The notes under the pieces: model-generated | Databases searched by the model: none | What the model was told of the DNA's origin: nothing | The model's input: only the letters and a program-made list of their open reading frames with translations | Program-made: the position numbers and the translations under genes | Shown: one piece after another, positions 28,953 through 38,065 of the stretch | Layout of the letters: each line of letters opens with the position of its first letter | Position numbering within the stretch: position 1 is the stretch's first letter | From: Lachnospira sp. | GTDB lineage: Bacteria; Bacillota; Clostridia; Lachnospirales; Lachnospiraceae | Length of the DNA: 64,000 nt | NCBI GenBank assembly: GCA_017621205.1 | Contig: JAGATQ010000051.1 | Coordinates: forward strand, 1-64,000 | Direction: 5' to 3'

Positions 28953-29965
28953 TCGATTACAATCTTTCCCATCTGCTTTACAGCATCCTTCTCAAAGGCT
29001 TTCGGTATATCATAAAGGCCACGGACCTTCACGACTTCGTTAACCAGACTGGTTAAATACTCTGTTATGTCATCCTGCTGATTGTAAAGCTTTAACAGCT
29101 CCTCAAAATCCTGTCTGCCACTGCGGCTGCTGCCAAAAATCCGAAGTCCCTTTTCCAGTACCATCCTTGTGGGAATCTTTGGTGGCAGCTCCGATACTCC
29201 AAGCAATGCAATGGTGCCTTCCGGCTGAATACGGTCCACAATCTGTCCAATAGCTGATTCCGACCCGATTCCACCAACACATTCCACTGCATGGTCTACA
29301 GAAAAATTCTCCGGCACTTCACTCGTCAGCATCGTCTCATCCACAAAGGTAAAGTTACTTAGCTTCTCTGCATTCACCCCGCATACGGTAACCTTAGAAT
29401 CGGGCAGCATCTTCTTTAGCAGAAGCGCCGTGATATAACCCAAATTGCCATCTCCCCATATCCCAATTCTTTCCTTGCGATTATGGGAAAACATAAGCAA
29501 TCGTTTCATGGCATGAAGCCCAACCGATACCAGCTCGGTAAAGGAAGCAACCTCATCCGTCAGTTCCTCTGGAAGTGGAAGCACCCGGTCAGCAGTAGTA
29601 TAAATCAGCTCCTGCATAAATCCATCATATCCACTGGAACGAAAATGGCTGCTACGGAGGTAATTCTCACTGATAATCTCATCCTGCTCTGTTGGTACAT
29701 TGGGAATCAGCACCACCCGCTGTCCAACAGTAACGTCATCTGCTGCACTGTAAACCACTGTGCCTATCGCCTCATGAATCAACGCCATAGGCAGCTTCTG
29801 CTTTAATATTTCAACCGGACGCTGTCCCTGATAATACCGCTGGTCTGCATGGCAGACAGATAGATAGGTTGGTCTCACAATCACTGTATTTTTCTTTATC
29901 TCCTCATTTTCAAATGCCACCTCAAAGCGTTTCGGTGCCACCAAACGATAGACCGTATTTAACAT
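28940..29965 (-). CDS. Zinc-dependent medium-chain alcohol dehydrogenase family. TarJ-like ribulose-5-phosphate reductase candidate.
   Basis: MDR fold with catalytic zinc ligands (LSVCHADQRY). It lies immediately upstream of, and overlaps by a few codons with, the cytidylyltransferase gene, matching the TarI/TarJ pairing. Confidence 0.7.
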   Translation of the reverse strand: MLNTVYRLVAPKRFEVAFENEEIKKNTVIVRPTYLSVCHADQRYYQGQRPVEILKQKLPMALIHEAIGTVVYSAADDVTVGQRVVLIPNVPTEQDEIISENYLRSSHFRSSGYDGFMQELIYTTADRVLPLPEELTDEVASFTELVSVGLHAMKRLLMFSHNRKERIGIWGDGNLGYITALLLKKMLPDSKVTVCGVNAEKLSNFTFVDETMLTSEVPENFSVDHAVECVGGIGSESAIGQIVDRIQPEGTIALLGVSELPPKIPTRMVLEKGLRIFGSSRSGRQDFEELLKLYNQQDDITEYLTSLVNEVVKVRGLYDIPKAFEKDAVKQMGKIVIEWDG

Positions 29966-29968
29966 AGG

Positions 29969-30688
29969 CTACTCCTCTTTCAACAATGATTTTGCCACAT
30001 CCACGTCATAGGGGTAGGTAATCTTAATATTGTAAACCTCTCCATCTACCAGCTTCACATTCTTTCCCTTTATTACACATATCTTCGCCGCATCCGTCAA
30101 AACCTGCTTCTCCGCTTCATTTAAGGACTGGTACAAATCTTTCAGCATCTGTGCCTTAAAGGATTGCGGCGTCTGTCCCTGATACATAAAGCTACGGTTG
30201 GGAATCTCACTGATACTCTGTCCATCCGTGCTGGTCACAATCGTATCCGTCGCGGGTATTACTGTATCACATGCCCCGGTCTCCTTAGCCGCCTGAATAT
30301 TCTCCTCAATAATGCGGGTAGTCACAAAGGGTCTTACCGCATCGTGCGTGACCACAATCGTTTCCTCATCCATAGCTCCTTTTTTTTCAATATAGGAGAT
30401 GCCGTTCATCAGGGTATCGTTTCTTGTCGCACCGCCCTCCAGAACAACAAGCTTCTCACCGCCATCCGGAAGGTATTTCTTCAGCAGATTCCCCGTGTGA
30501 TTCATCCATTGCTTCGGTGTCAGAACCAGTATCTGCTGAAACTTAGGATTCAGATAAAACTTCTCTATCGTATGAATGAGTATCGGTTTTCCCTTTAATT
30601 CAATAAATTGCTTTGGCTTTTCCATGTTACCCATACGCTGTCCGATTCCTCCAGCAAGAATGAGTGCATAACAATTGGTTTCCTGCAT
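29969..30688 (-). CDS. IspD/TarI-family cytidylyltransferase (ribitol-5-phosphate cytidylyltransferase candidate).
   Basis: N-terminus YALILAGGIGQRMG (nucleotidyltransferase glycine loop). Length is 239 aa. It is paired with the MDR reductase. Confidence 0.8.
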   Translation of the reverse strand: MQETNCYALILAGGIGQRMGNMEKPKQFIELKGKPILIHTIEKFYLNPKFQQILVLTPKQWMNHTGNLLKKYLPDGGEKLVVLEGGATRNDTLMNGISYIEKKGAMDEETIVVTHDAVRPFVTTRIIEENIQAAKETGACDTVIPATDTIVTSTDGQSISEIPNRSFMYQGQTPQSFKAQMLKDLYQSLNEAEKQVLTDAAKICVIKGKNVKLVDGEVYNIKITYPYDVDVAKSLLKEE

Positions 30689-30776
30689 AATATGCCTCCC
30701 TGTTTTTTGTATCCTGCTCGCTTAAAGCATAATTTTTATCTGTTTATTCTATCTCTTACTCATGTAGAGGATGACT

Positions 30777-32153
30777 TTACTTGTTTCTTCTGGTTTTTAA
30801 CTTCAGAATCCCGGCAATAGCCCTCACTGTCCGTCTACAAGACCTGGCATCTGCCTGCTTGTACATCCTGCTGCGGGACTCCTGTCTTAACGGTAATGCC
30901 TCATCCCGCCTTTTCACTGCTTCGATGCATGCAATCAGTTCCTCCATCGTGTGTGCCTTTTCCTCTGGCATATACTCTTCCCAGTCAAAATAGGCATCCC
31001 TCGTGTCAGAGGAATATTCCTCATAATCATAATGAAATGCCACCACCGGACGGTCCAGTAGCTTGTAATCGCTGTAAACAGACGAATAATCCGCTATCAT
31101 CAAATCAATTTCCCCTAAAAAGGAATTAATATCCACCTCTGCCGGAACATGGTAAATATTGCTATACTCCATCGCTTCAAATTCCTTTTTAAAGGTGGAT
31201 TTCGGATGCAGCTTGCAGACCAGAATCATGTTGTGTTCCTTAAGATAAGCATTAAATCTGGAAAGCTCCATCACCTCTAAAAACTTACTTTCCGAGGGGC
31301 GAAAGGTCGGAACATAGGACAGCAACTGATAGCCATCCTCCTTCCATTCCTTAAGCTTCCTGTGAACCTCCTGCTCCTCCCGAAAATAGATATTTTGTAT
31401 TCCACTGTCCTCAAATAAAATATCATTCCTTGGATATCCTGTCTCTATAATATGCTCCATCGGAACCTGAAAGGCTCTTGCAAATATCTCGCTCATCATC
31501 GGTGCCGTCGTTAAGATGTAGTGACTTGGCTTCTCGTCAGATAATCTTCTTGGGAAGTATTGAAACCGTTCCCATGCATTCTTCGGATGACGCACCTTAT
31601 CATGTTCATTGTCATAGTTAATCCGCTTATTTCCAACCCCATGCCACAGATTAAACTTCACTGCCCTGCCACTCTGCCAGAAATTGATATCCTTAGAATA
31701 ATTGTCAAAGATATAGATACCTCCCCGAAGTGCCATCCATATCCCTTTTAGAGAGTGATAATAGTATGCCTCATACCCCTCTTCCTTTAGAAACTGTACG
31801 ACATCCTTATTGTGGCTTATCCAAACCGCCCGGACAGACTTTACATACTCATCCTCTTCAAAATAATGTCCTGCATTCCTATAGTCAGCCACTACCTTCT
31901 TCACCTTATCAGAAGCATAATCACTATGCTGGCTCACATATAAATACAGGTATCTCGGATTATCCGCAAACCGTCGTCCAAAGGTGGAGCCAAACAGCCA
32001 AAGCTTCTTGTTTCTGGGCATGAAAAAAGATAACCAATAGATTGGCAGCAATAATAATTGTCCCCAGTATTTCACACCATTGATTATCTTCATAATATTC
32101 CTTCCGCCTCCTTGCCTCAGGCCAAGACTCTCCTTGGCAATGCCTCCCTGCAT
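30777..32153 (-). CDS. CDP-glycerol/CDP-ribitol polyol-phosphate transferase (TagB/TagF/TarL family). The true start is probably the internal Met near 32090.
   Basis: The conserved TagF-family C-terminal region is recognisable: YILTTAPMMSEIFARAFQVPMEHIIETGYPRNDILFE...VLLYMPTFR-like block (YVPTFRP), HPK. Confidence 0.75.
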   Translation of the reverse strand: MQGGIAKESLGLRQGGGRNIMKIINGVKYWGQLLLLPIYWLSFFMPRNKKLWLFGSTFGRRFADNPRYLYLYVSQHSDYASDKVKKVVADYRNAGHYFEEDEYVKSVRAVWISHNKDVVQFLKEEGYEAYYYHSLKGIWMALRGGIYIFDNYSKDINFWQSGRAVKFNLWHGVGNKRINYDNEHDKVRHPKNAWERFQYFPRRLSDEKPSHYILTTAPMMSEIFARAFQVPMEHIIETGYPRNDILFEDSGIQNIYFREEQEVHRKLKEWKEDGYQLLSYVPTFRPSESKFLEVMELSRFNAYLKEHNMILVCKLHPKSTFKKEFEAMEYSNIYHVPAEVDINSFLGEIDLMIADYSSVYSDYKLLDRPVVAFHYDYEEYSSDTRDAYFDWEEYMPEEKAHTMEELIACIEAVKRRDEALPLRQESRSRMYKQADARSCRRTVRAIAGILKLKTRRNK

Positions 32154-32213
32154 TTCTATCTGAATAATATATCGGCAGAAGTGCTTATAATTATAATATT
32201 ACATTATTTTCAC

Positions 32214-33239
32214 TTAATTCCAATATAAATAAACAATACAACTAACATTATCTTTTTGATTGAAATAAAAACGAATCGCATACTTTTTCTTATATTTATA
32301 TTCCAAATAGTAACCCGCACGTTGTTTTAACTTTTTATATGATTTAGTTTTCTCATATTTCTTGGAAGCATTTGGTTTTAAAAATTGTACCAATTCATCC
32401 TGTACACCAATGATTTTTTTATTTACCTTACCATACTTTGATATAACCGTTTTTTTAGAAGAACCTAAATGAATCCCTCTAGCTGTAACTATCTTAACAT
32501 TCTGTTTATACTCTTTTTCTTTTTCCAACCAATTACACATTGCCATAGTAGCTGACGTAGTCTGCAGATAGTAATCATTGGACTGATTTGGATCTGCTAC
32601 ACAGGTGGCAATCCAATCCCGTCTCGTTTCACATACCCTGTATGCAAAATCACATTTTTTTAATGAAGATTGCTTTTGATAAGAAGCAAATCGAAATGTC
32701 TTATCAAGATTAGTTCCATAAGCAATATAAGATACTTCTTCAGCTTCATTAAAGTAAAAGCGAAGCTGAAGAAGACAATTCTCTTCGTATAAATATCCAT
32801 AAGTCACATAGGATTGTACATTTTGCAAAAATGTCTGATATGCTTTATTCCCTTTTCGAAACAACTGATAATAATACAATGCCGGCTCCCATTGTGTATC
32901 TACCATGTTCACAGAAGTCTCGCCATATGCATCCAACACTTGTTGCTTAGTGCTGCCAACAGTAATTCCCCTCTTAGTTGTCAGAATTGAGTCCTTATCC
33001 GAACCAACTATGTAATATTCTGCAAAATACTTTCCTCCTACCCCTTCAGCATAACGAGCATTTTCAAGAAAATCAATATAGTTAAATTTATCCTTTTTCT
33101 CCCCACACCTTAACACAAAATCTTTTTCTGTTAATATATTTTTCTCCGCATATACTTGAGGTGCATTCATTCCTAAAATTATCAGCAAGATACTTGTTAT
33201 AACAGTTATTTTTATCAGTCTTTTCATGGCAATCCCCAC
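32214..33239 (-). CDS. Secreted hypothetical protein with internal duplicated module.
   Basis: N-terminal signal peptide (KRLIKITVITSILLIILGMNAPQVYA). Two copies of a ...RGI(T/H)(V/L)GS.K..V...YG... repeat. Confidence 0.5.
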   Translation of the reverse strand: MGIAMKRLIKITVITSILLIILGMNAPQVYAEKNILTEKDFVLRCGEKKDKFNYIDFLENARYAEGVGGKYFAEYYIVGSDKDSILTTKRGITVGSTKQQVLDAYGETSVNMVDTQWEPALYYYQLFRKGNKAYQTFLQNVQSYVTYGYLYEENCLLQLRFYFNEAEEVSYIAYGTNLDKTFRFASYQKQSSLKKCDFAYRVCETRRDWIATCVADPNQSNDYYLQTTSATMAMCNWLEKEKEYKQNVKIVTARGIHLGSSKKTVISKYGKVNKKIIGVQDELVQFLKPNASKKYEKTKSYKKLKQRAGYYLEYKYKKKYAIRFYFNQKDNVSCIVYLYWN

Positions 33240-33365
33240 TTACATCTTACAAATTACAACCTTTTCTATTTTTTGCCAGAGACCAAATTACACTCTGCCC
33301 TCCTTATAAAAACCTCTTTAGCAAAAAAGTAAGAAAATACCCTTGCTTTACCAACATATCACCGA

Positions 33366-33563
33366 CTATATTTTCATATATATAGCACCCTTAAAAGTAT
33401 TAAAATTTTTGTTGTTTCTTAAATCTTCCTGTGCCTCTTCATCCAATAAGGCGATTAAAAGACCCATATCACGAAAATATAATTTATAACTATTGGGATT
33501 ATAATTTCCCTTCAAAGGCAACTCCGGTATATCCATGGAATTCATTTCGTAAATTTGACTCAA
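33366..33563 (-). pseudogene. Possible C-terminal remnant of an AAA-type ATP-binding protein (DUF4143-like tail).
   Basis: The 65-aa ORF ends ...YKLYFRDMGLLIALL..., resembling the C-terminal tail of a common ATPase family. No N-terminal part is present. It sits in a roughly 500-bp non-coding gap. Confidence 0.2.
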
Positions 33564-33754
33564 TCTTATTGTAATTGATGCCCATTAAGAAAACAGAGCA
33601 ATTTCCATCAGAATAGCAATCAAAAATCATAAAATTCCATATTTTTTACTCGTTTTATCACATTTTTCCAGACAATCCTTCACGTCCATACAAATATTCC
33701 TGTAAATATAATGCTTCCTAAACTACTCAAACACAACAGCATACAGACATTCTC

Positions 33755-34708
33755 CTACACATGCCTCTCAAGCCAGTCAAGAATATCCTCATGCACCTTA
33801 AAATACTCCAGCTCGTTTAGGATTTCATGGCGTGCCCACTTATACATATGCTGCTCTACGTCCTCAATCCCAAGTTCCCGGTACTCATCCACAATGCGGT
33901 CAATATCCTTTCCATAATGTCCCACAGGGTCTTTGGTTCCTGCTCCAAAAAACATCGGTACATGCTTGGGCAAATGCTTCATATTCTTCTGCTTCTCAAT
34001 ATACCAAAGGGTGTCAAATAACGTTTTATATCCATTAACCGTAAATTTAAACGTACAAAACGGGTCATTTTCATATTGTTTTAAGATATCCGGGTCTCTT
34101 GTCACCCATGCTTGTGCAGATTTATCCTTTAAAAAGAGAATATTATACGTTCCAAATGCCATAAATTCCATTAGGTTACTGCGGCAATGGTCTCCCTTAA
34201 GCTTATGAAGTGAGGCGAGTACTGCATATCCCAAAAGAAGAACCGGCTTTTTCTGATAACCCGTTCCAAGAAGCAGTAACCCATCCAACTCATCCCCGTA
34301 CATCATAGCATAACGCCTTGCCATAAAAGAACCCATACTGTGTCCCAGCAGGAAAAATGGCACATCTGGATACCGTTTTTTGATAAATTTTGTAACCCGG
34401 TACAAATCCCGTACCACCGTGCGGCTTCCATCCTGCGCATCAAAATACCCAAGTGCTTCCTCATCCTTTGCCGTATATCCATGTCCCAGATGATCGTTCC
34501 CAACCACTACAAAGCCTGCATCATTTAGAAAGTTTGCCAAACGCTCATATCGCTCCACATACTCAATCATACCATGGGAAATCTGGACTACTCCCTTTAC
34601 CTTCTGTTCCTTTGGTCTCCATACTACTGTATGCAGCATGTCCTTCCCATTTGTAGAAGGAATTTTATAAACTCTTTTTGCCATAATTTCTAAATTTCTC
34701 CTCTTCAA
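33755..34708 (-). CDS. Alpha/beta hydrolase (lysophospholipase / monoacylglycerol-lipase-like).
   Basis: HG oxyanion motif (ISHGMIEY), nucleophile elbow GHSMGS, Asp and His downstream. Confidence 0.75.
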   Translation of the reverse strand: MKRRNLEIMAKRVYKIPSTNGKDMLHTVVWRPKEQKVKGVVQISHGMIEYVERYERLANFLNDAGFVVVGNDHLGHGYTAKDEEALGYFDAQDGSRTVVRDLYRVTKFIKKRYPDVPFFLLGHSMGSFMARRYAMMYGDELDGLLLLGTGYQKKPVLLLGYAVLASLHKLKGDHCRSNLMEFMAFGTYNILFLKDKSAQAWVTRDPDILKQYENDPFCTFKFTVNGYKTLFDTLWYIEKQKNMKHLPKHVPMFFGAGTKDPVGHYGKDIDRIVDEYRELGIEDVEQHMYKWARHEILNELEYFKVHEDILDWLERHV

Positions 34709-34740
34709 TATTATTTCTTCAAGGGACTGACAAACACCCT

Positions 34741-36240
34741 TTATTCCACCTTGGAATCCTCTAAAAGCTGCATCTTCATCTCATAATAATCCGGTGTCAT
34801 ATCCATGTAATGAATATGCGGATACTCAAACCGCTGTTCCTCCTCCCATATCTCCTCGGAGAGCTGGCGGTTGACATAGTCAGCTATCTCCTTTAAGCTT
34901 CTATGCTCCATAATGCATTTTCCATCCTTAAACACCTGCTGCTGCAGCTCTACTGCCTTACAATTCTCAAAGAAACGGTTCTTCCATGGTTTCGTCGGGT
35001 CAACATAACGAAACGGCTGGCTCATATCCACCACCTCATCTGCCTTGGCAATCATATCTGCGATGGCTCGTCCCTCTTCATCGATAATCCGGTAAACCTT
35101 CTTTACTCCCGGATTCGTAATCTTCTCCACATTCTCAGACAACTTAATCCGTGGCTCAAATACACCGTGTTCTTCTACTGCCGCCAGCTTGTAAACTGCT
35201 CCAAATACCGGCTCCGATTTTGCCGTAATCAAACGTTCACCAACGCCAAAGCTATCTACCTTTCCACCCTGATTCAAAATGGAAGCAATCGTAAATTCAT
35301 CAAGACTATTGGAAATAATAATCTTACAATCGGTAAGCCCTGCTTCGTCCAATTTTTTCCTTGTTTTCTTGGTGAGATACGCCAGATCTCCGCTATCAAT
35401 GCGAATACCCTTCAGCCGTTTGCCCATTGGCTCCAAAACCTCCTTGGCTATACGGATAGCATTAGGGATGCCACTGTGAAGCACATCGTAGGTATCCACC
35501 AGCAAAACAGTCGAATCCGGATAGGTCTCAGCATATTTCTTAAATGCTGTATATTCATCCTTATAAAACATAACAAAGCTATGTGCCATCGTCCCACTAA
35601 TCGGAATATCAAACATCTGACCAGACAGTACGGTCGCAGTGCCAACTGCACCTCCGATATACGCAGCTCGTCCACCATACACCGCTGCATCCATATTATG
35701 GGCACGTCTCGCACCGAAATCAGAAACCGCCCTTCCCTGTGCCGCCTTTACAATCCGCCTGGTTTTGGTCGCAATCAGCGACTGATGATTCACCTGAAGT
35801 AAAATCGCCGTTTCAATTAACTGTGCATCAATCAACGGTGCAATTACGGTAATAATCGGCTCATTTGGATACATCACTGTCCCCTCTGGAAATGCATACA
35901 TATCTCCACGGAACTCAAAATCTGCCAAATACTTTAAAAATTCTTCGGAAAATAAATTTTGTGAGCGAAGATATGCAATATCCTCCTCTGTAAAATGTAG
36001 ATTTTCAATATATTCTACAATCTGCTCCAATCCTGTAAAAATAGCAAAACCACCATCATCCGGATTCTTACGGTAAAAAACATCAAATACAACCCTTGTA
36101 TCCTTGTCCTGATCTTCAAAATACCCATTACTCATCGTCAACTCATAAAAATCCATTACCATAGACAGATTTCTTTCCATATTCTGTGTTTTGTACATTA
36201 TCTCATTCCTCCAGTCATAGTGTGCTTTTACTTGCTTCAT
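34741..36240 (-). CDS. pncB: Nicotinate phosphoribosyltransferase.
   Basis: N-terminus NLSMVMDFYELTMSNGYF. The full-length 499-aa pattern is typical of Firmicutes NAPRTase. Confidence 0.9.
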   Translation of the reverse strand: MKQVKAHYDWRNEIMYKTQNMERNLSMVMDFYELTMSNGYFEDQDKDTRVVFDVFYRKNPDDGGFAIFTGLEQIVEYIENLHFTEEDIAYLRSQNLFSEEFLKYLADFEFRGDMYAFPEGTVMYPNEPIITVIAPLIDAQLIETAILLQVNHQSLIATKTRRIVKAAQGRAVSDFGARRAHNMDAAVYGGRAAYIGGAVGTATVLSGQMFDIPISGTMAHSFVMFYKDEYTAFKKYAETYPDSTVLLVDTYDVLHSGIPNAIRIAKEVLEPMGKRLKGIRIDSGDLAYLTKKTRKKLDEAGLTDCKIIISNSLDEFTIASILNQGGKVDSFGVGERLITAKSEPVFGAVYKLAAVEEHGVFEPRIKLSENVEKITNPGVKKVYRIIDEEGRAIADMIAKADEVVDMSQPFRYVDPTKPWKNRFFENCKAVELQQQVFKDGKCIMEHRSLKEIADYVNRQLSEEIWEEEQRFEYPHIHYMDMTPDYYEMKMQLLEDSKVE

Positions 36241-36448
36241 ATCGCTTTCTTTTCTTTTTTTAGATTCACAAACCCGTGCTTCGCACTCTTTATTTGCTTC
36301 GCAAATGTTTGCTCATTAATAATTTCAAAAGAAAAGAAAATGCTGCTTCGCATCGCTTCCTTTTCTTTTTTGAAATTATTATATACTATTTTTTAGAAAA
36401 ATACATTAGTTTTCTGCATTAAAAATAGCTTATCTGTGATGTTATATG

Positions 36449-36690
36449 GCATGGAAGGGAGACACACTATATTATTTGTTCCGTTGTTCGGGAATAAGGA
36501 TTTCTAGATATTCCCATATTGGTATCAATGTGCTGACGCAACCGACGCACATTCGCCATTCATGGCTCAGAGTGCGTCTTTTCGGGACATCCAGTCCCGA
36601 AATTGCTAGTTATCTAATGGGAATATCAAGAAATACTAATTCCCTGCCAAAGTCACAGATAATATAGTGTGTCCCCCTTCCATGCCCCTC
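36449..36690. repeat. Structured MITE-like repeat, copy 1. Roughly 190-bp core with roughly 35-bp imperfect terminal inverted repeats, nested inside a perfect 28-bp flanking inverted repeat.
   Basis: Flanks: ggcatggaagggagacacactatattat ... ataatatagtgtgtcccccttccatgcc. Core TIR: gggaata-agga-tttct-agatattccc / gggaatatcaagaaatactaattccc. The core contains an internal hairpin tttcgggacatccagtcccgaaa. Confidence 0.5.
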
Positions 36691-36933
36691 AAGGTTATAG
36701 ATTATACATTTTTGTACGAAAGATATTTATCCAACCGTACTGCCATTGCAATAAATAGATAACAACAATGCAACAGTAACTACTTTAGTCTGGAAAATAG
36801 GATTAATCACCCAACAACTTTATCCAAGAAATAGAACCAGCCACCTCGACTACTTTATTCCGAAAACTAGGAACAGTTACTTCAACCATTATGTTTTAAA
36901 AAAGAACCTATCAGTAACTTCAGGGGCATAAAA

Positions 36934-37152
36934 CCGGAATGTACTATGAATTTGTGACTTTGGAAGGGAATTAGCATTTCTTGATATTCCCTTTAACACC
37001 CAGCAATTTCGGGGCAAGGATGTCCCGAAAAGACGCCATCGAGCCAAGATGGCGAGTTGGCGTCGGTTGCGTCAACAACTCATTACTACACGGGAATATC
37101 CTAGAAATGCTTATTCCCGAACAACGGAACAAATCCATAGTACATTCCGGTT
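36934..37152. repeat. Structured MITE-like repeat, copy 2. Inverted relative to copy 1, about 85% identical, flanked by a different 15-bp inverted repeat.
   Basis: The reverse complement of 36950-37140 aligns with copy 1 across about 190 bp. Flanks: ccggaatgtactatg ... catagtacattccgg. Confidence 0.5.
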
Positions 37153-37205
37153 TTATGCTTTTGAACCTACAGAATCTCTTTTTTAATACACACTTAATCC
37201 GCATT

Positions 37206-38033
37206 TTATTCCCTCCCACAAAAAAGTATCGGAAAAAGAAACGGAAGCATTTCATGAAAAAAAAGCATGCGGTCAACGGTTTTATAAAAAGGCTTTGTGA
37301 TGCCGGAATAACAATATAGAAAACCCTTATACATCTGCTGATGAACGTTTGCCCCAAAAAAACTACTATTCTTTGCCCCTTCTGTCATGGACGTTACATC
37401 AATCATCACCCCTGTGCAGTTTTTAGAAAGTACTACAAAACGCCAGCCTGCTTCCCGCATCCCTTTGGCAAAGGCAAGTGCCATATTACTATCGGGGAAA
37501 ATAATATGCATGTGAAGCTTCATACATTCCGGTTCATATATGCAGTAAGGCTTTTTTACTAGCAATTGCCATCCTTTTTTCCTAATCAGCATACTTCGCT
37601 TTCCTTTTTCATAAAGTGCAAATGCCATATCAGGACACCGCCTGTCTCTAACAGGATAATATCGACTACATCCTCCCTCTTCCAATAATTGAAGCTTCAT
37701 CTTTAGAAAAATTGCTTTTTGTTCCCAGCTAATATACAATAGATATTTCTTCTGCCTATACACAAAGCTTACGGTAATACTATTCTTCCTTCTCTTTTTA
37801 CCCTTTATACCCCTATCCCTTTTTACATAATCACTCCGATTAAGAAACACGTCCTGCTCTGCCTCATAATAAAACCCATACCGTTCAAGTAATACATTTA
37901 ATTTACGGTATCGCTCCAATGGTGTCATTGACCAGATTTTTAAAATGGCACGCTTCATCCGCACCACCCAGACAATACTAATTGTTGCAATAATACCCAA
38001 AACCACGAACAACCCTGCCATAAAGCACCTCAA
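37206..38033 (-). CDS. Hypothetical membrane-anchored protein.
   Basis: N-terminal transmembrane segment (FMAGLFVVLGIIATISIVWVV). Basic rest with no known motifs. Confidence 0.4.
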   Translation of the reverse strand: MRCFMAGLFVVLGIIATISIVWVVRMKRAILKIWSMTPLERYRKLNVLLERYGFYYEAEQDVFLNRSDYVKRDRGIKGKKRRKNSITVSFVYRQKKYLLYISWEQKAIFLKMKLQLLEEGGCSRYYPVRDRRCPDMAFALYEKGKRSMLIRKKGWQLLVKKPYCIYEPECMKLHMHIIFPDSNMALAFAKGMREAGWRFVVLSKNCTGVMIDVTSMTEGAKNSSFFGANVHQQMYKGFLYCYSGITKPFYKTVDRMLFFHEMLPFLFPILFCGRE

Positions 38034-38065
38034 AAAGCACTTATGTCATTGTATTCAAAAAGGGG

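Noticed and set aside
33366-33563. Functional small gene
   Set aside because: It resembles only the C-terminal tail of a larger ATPase family and sits alone in a non-coding gap. It is more likely a remnant than an expressed gene. It is kept as a low-confidence pseudogene only.
34903-35802. 299-aa ORF on the plus strand
   Set aside because: It lies entirely antisense within the well-supported pncB gene. It has a Leu/Arg-rich composition typical of antisense frames.
36446-37357. ORFs 36446-36667 (+), 36971-37357 (-) and 36981-37319 (+)
   Set aside because: They fall inside the inverted MITE-like repeat copies and mirror each other because of the repeat symmetry. They have no RBS or coding signature.
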